Shown here piece after piece: positions 61,655 through 64,000 of a stretch of DNA of 64,000 bases. The position numbers and the translations under genes were made by a program. This DNA is from Spirochaetia bacterium (GTDB taxonomy: Bacteria; Spirochaetota; Spirochaetia; DSM-2461). Under the pieces are notes generated by a model. That model was given only the letters and a program-made list of their open reading frames with translations, did no database searches and was not told the origin of the DNA. The first letter of the stretch is position 1. The number at the start of each line of letters is the position of its first letter. Location of the stretch: contig OY764216.1 of the NCBI GenBank assembly GCA_963668315.1, positions 5,024,001 to 5,088,000 on the forward strand, read 5' to 3'.

Positions 61655-62598
61655 GCAGGAAAAATCTGTTTCCCCATGTGGGAGATATCATATCCCCCCA
61701 GGCCCTCTATCTCCCTCTGGAATGCCTGATCCCTCAGGATTTCCAGAACGGCCCGGAAAGAGGGCTTTTCCATATCTCTATGATAGAAAATCATATCGTA
61801 GGACTCCTCCTTCATGGGAATGAATTCGATGGAGGCAACCTGCATGGCGGTTTTTTCGCATCCCAGAGCCACATCCGCCTCTCCCCGTCCGACACGGCTG
61901 GCGCAGGCCATGTGGGAAGAACTCTCCTCCTCATAGCCGATTATCCGTCCGGGTTCCCAGCCGCGGCTCTGCAGATATTCATCCAGAAGGATTCTTGTAC
62001 CGCTTCCCCGCTCTCGATTAATCAGTCGGATGTCCTCCCTGAGAAGGTCTTCCCATCCGCTTATTCCCTTGGGGTTTCCCCTCTTTACGTAAAATCCCTG
62101 ATATCTCTTGACCAGGTGGATAACCACCGTATCCATACCGGGAAGCATATTACGCACATAGGGGATATTATAGCTGTCGGTGCGGCTGTCCCACATATGG
62201 GCCGTGGCAATCTGAACCTCTCCGAGGTACAGTGAATGAAGGGCATTATAGCTCCCCATATGGGACCGGAAAACCCGAAATCCCCGGGGATCCTCCTCCA
62301 GCCGCTGTGCCAGGATATCAAGAATCACATCCTGACCGCAAATAATCAATTCATGACCGGAAGACTCCTTACCCCTCTCTCTGGGGGCTGAATTTTCCGT
62401 GGAAGAAGCGATCTCGGCAGCCGTATTATTCCGCCGCTTCTTTTTAAGCGCCTCAACGGCCTGACACTCCACACGAATCTTCTTTCCGACCCGGTATGCC
62501 TCCAGTTCTCCCCGCTTAATAAGTTCGTAAACCGTATTCTTGGCGATTTTCAGCTGATCGGCAACTTCCGCCGGAGTCAGTACTTCTTCCTCTTTCAT
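61651..62598 (-). CDS. Excisionase-type HTH + PBP (molybdate-sensor, YvgK-like) regulator
   Basis: LTPAEVADQLKIAKNTVYELIKRGEL; INRERGSGTR; LGGYD. Confidence 0.8.
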   Translation of the reverse strand: MKEEEVLTPAEVADQLKIAKNTVYELIKRGELEAYRVGKKIRVECQAVEALKKKRRNNTAAEIASSTENSAPRERGKESSGHELIICGQDVILDILAQRLEEDPRGFRVFRSHMGSYNALHSLYLGEVQIATAHMWDSRTDSYNIPYVRNMLPGMDTVVIHLVKRYQGFYVKRGNPKGISGWEDLLREDIRLINRERGSGTRILLDEYLQSRGWEPGRIIGYEEESSSHMACASRVGRGEADVALGCEKTAMQVASIEFIPMKEESYDMIFYHRDMEKPSFRAVLEILRDQAFQREIEGLGGYDISHMGKQIFPA

Positions 62599-62738
62599 GG
62601 GGCTATTATATCCGATTCCCCGATCTTTTGCAAAAGCAATGGCGAACAGAGCCTCCCATATCGGCAGAAAATGCAATTTTTTTAAAAGAAAATTGATAAT
62701 ATTCAATTTATGTTATAAAGTATTTTGCAGAGGCTCCG

Positions 62739-63464
62739 ATGAACCGAGAATACGAACTGGATAAATCATTAATCGATGCGTATAACTACCACAGAAGCGA
62801 TATGTTTCAAGAAGCTCTTGAATGCTATATGGCGGCGGTGGAACTGGATCCCGACAATAACGAGATCTGGTTTGAAATGGGCAGCTGTCTTTATTCTCTG
62901 GGAAACTACCATAAGGCTCTGGAGTGCGGATTAACCTGTCTCAAAATAGATTCTTCCCATAAAAAAGCCTGGTTTAACTGCGGTTTAGCCTTGAGCATGA
63001 TGAATGAAGACGAAAGAGCTCTGGTTTTTTATTCGGAGGCTCTGAAGATAGATCCCGAATACGGGATAGCCTATTTTGCCAGGGGCAACGCGTCCTTTTT
63101 CCTTGAAGATTTTCCCGCCGCGATACAGGACTATACCCAGGCCCTGTCCTGTCTTCCCGATTTCTCCCCCGAGGAAGAGGAGAGCCACTACTACCGGGCA
63201 CTCTGTTACGAAAAAATCGGTTCCCTCGATTTCGCCCGGGTGGATTATAACTGGGTGCTGCGCCGTTCTCCCGACAGATATGATGTAATACGCAAGAGGG
63301 CCCTTCTTTCGTTCAGGGAAAAGAAGTACCAGTCCGCCCTTAAGGATATCCTTAAAGCACGGTCAATCTACCCCGACAGTAAAAGACTGACCCAGATCCA
63401 GAGGAAAATTGAGATACAGATTGAGAAATCATCCGGAAAAAACGAGGTTGTCTCTTTTCAATAG
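62739..63464 (+). CDS. Tetratricopeptide repeat protein
   Basis: AWFNCG, AYFARG TPR periodicity. Confidence 0.85.
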   Translation: MNREYELDKSLIDAYNYHRSDMFQEALECYMAAVELDPDNNEIWFEMGSCLYSLGNYHKALECGLTCLKIDSSHKKAWFNCGLALSMMNEDERALVFYSEALKIDPEYGIAYFARGNASFFLEDFPAAIQDYTQALSCLPDFSPEEEESHYYRALCYEKIGSLDFARVDYNWVLRRSPDRYDVIRKRALLSFREKKYQSALKDILKARSIYPDSKRLTQIQRKIEIQIEKSSGKNEVVSFQ

Positions 63465-63568
63465 GAAAATTAATGTTTCTTCCCCCACTGCCGATATTTA
63501 ATAATAGGAATTTGTACAGCCTTGTCCCTACGGGCCATCGTTCCCGTAAATAGAGTTGGGAGTTATAG

Positions 63569-64000
63569 ATGAATGACGTTATGAAGCTTGCAGAAGAAAT
63601 ATCAGAACAGGAGAAAATATCAGGAAAAGATGTTCTCCGTTTCGAAAAAATAATCAGCCCCCTCCCCAAAGCCGAGATACACATCCATGCTGAGTCCCTT
63701 ATGGCTCCGGCGGATCTTTTAAAGCTGAATGCCAAATACGGACTCTATCCCGAATGCCGCACCGAGGAAGCCCTCAAGGAAGCCCTCGGCATTAAGAAAA
63801 TAGCCGATCTTTCCGAAATGATTCAGCAGTTCCTTAACATACAGTCCTTTATCAAGGAAGAAGAAGATTTCACCCTGATAGGTGATTCCATACTCCCCTA
63901 CATGGAGCGTAATAATATTGTCTACCTGGAAGGTCATCTGGCCGTAACCTCCTTTGTCAAACGGGGTCTTGATTTCAACAGAATGATGGTTTCCCTGGAT
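63569..64000 (+). CDS. Adenosine deaminase family protein (5' part, runs off window)
   Basis: LPKAEIHIHAE metal motif; RNNIVYLE. Confidence 0.8.
   Translation, partial: MNDVMKLAEEISEQEKISGKDVLRFEKIISPLPKAEIHIHAESLMAPADLLKLNAKYGLYPECRTEEALKEALGIKKIADLSEMIQQFLNIQSFIKEEEDFTLIGDSILPYMERNNIVYLEGHLAVTSFVKRGLDFNRMMVSLD

Noticed and set aside
16625..62235. Long antisense ORFs (e.g. 27635-29071, 31429-32673, 38274-39797, 48223-49512)
   Set aside because: Shadows of real genes caused by GC3 codon bias; no motifs
1..64000. Integron integrase, tRNA/rRNA, prophage or defence-system genes
   Set aside because: No supporting motifs seen in this window

Overview
Bacterial chromosomal window, probably from a free-living spirochaete (inferred from gene content and protein sequences, not proven). 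Positions 1-~13.8 kb are a visibly AT-rich integron-like gene-cassette array. Co-oriented single genes (methyltransferases, GNAT, Nudix, VOC, DUF1801, DUF3788, CPBP protease, RidA, a TA pair) are separated by attC-like imperfect palindromes; no integrase lies in the window. The attC sites are unusual: (a) several carry a near-consensus sigma70 promoter module in their terminal loop; (b) two are composite double sites; (c) four cassettes have ~20-24 bp cassette-specific terminal inverted repeats; (d) most cassettes carry a TCCN-loop hairpin. An IS110-superfamily (IS1111-type) element sits exactly inside one attC; its downstream non-coding region contains short matches to both the attC target and its own junction (candidate bridge/seek RNA). 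The rest is higher-GC backbone: signalling genes, an IS256, a yjdF riboswitch, recR-ybaB-dnaX (with an A10 slippery site), two phosphofructokinases, rdgB-psuK-(YceH::psuG fusion), aroA, thyX, and an ABC/methyltransferase/radical-SAM cluster with a ModE-like operator and a molybdate-sensor-type regulator. Product calls rest on motif recognition by eye; no database searches were run.
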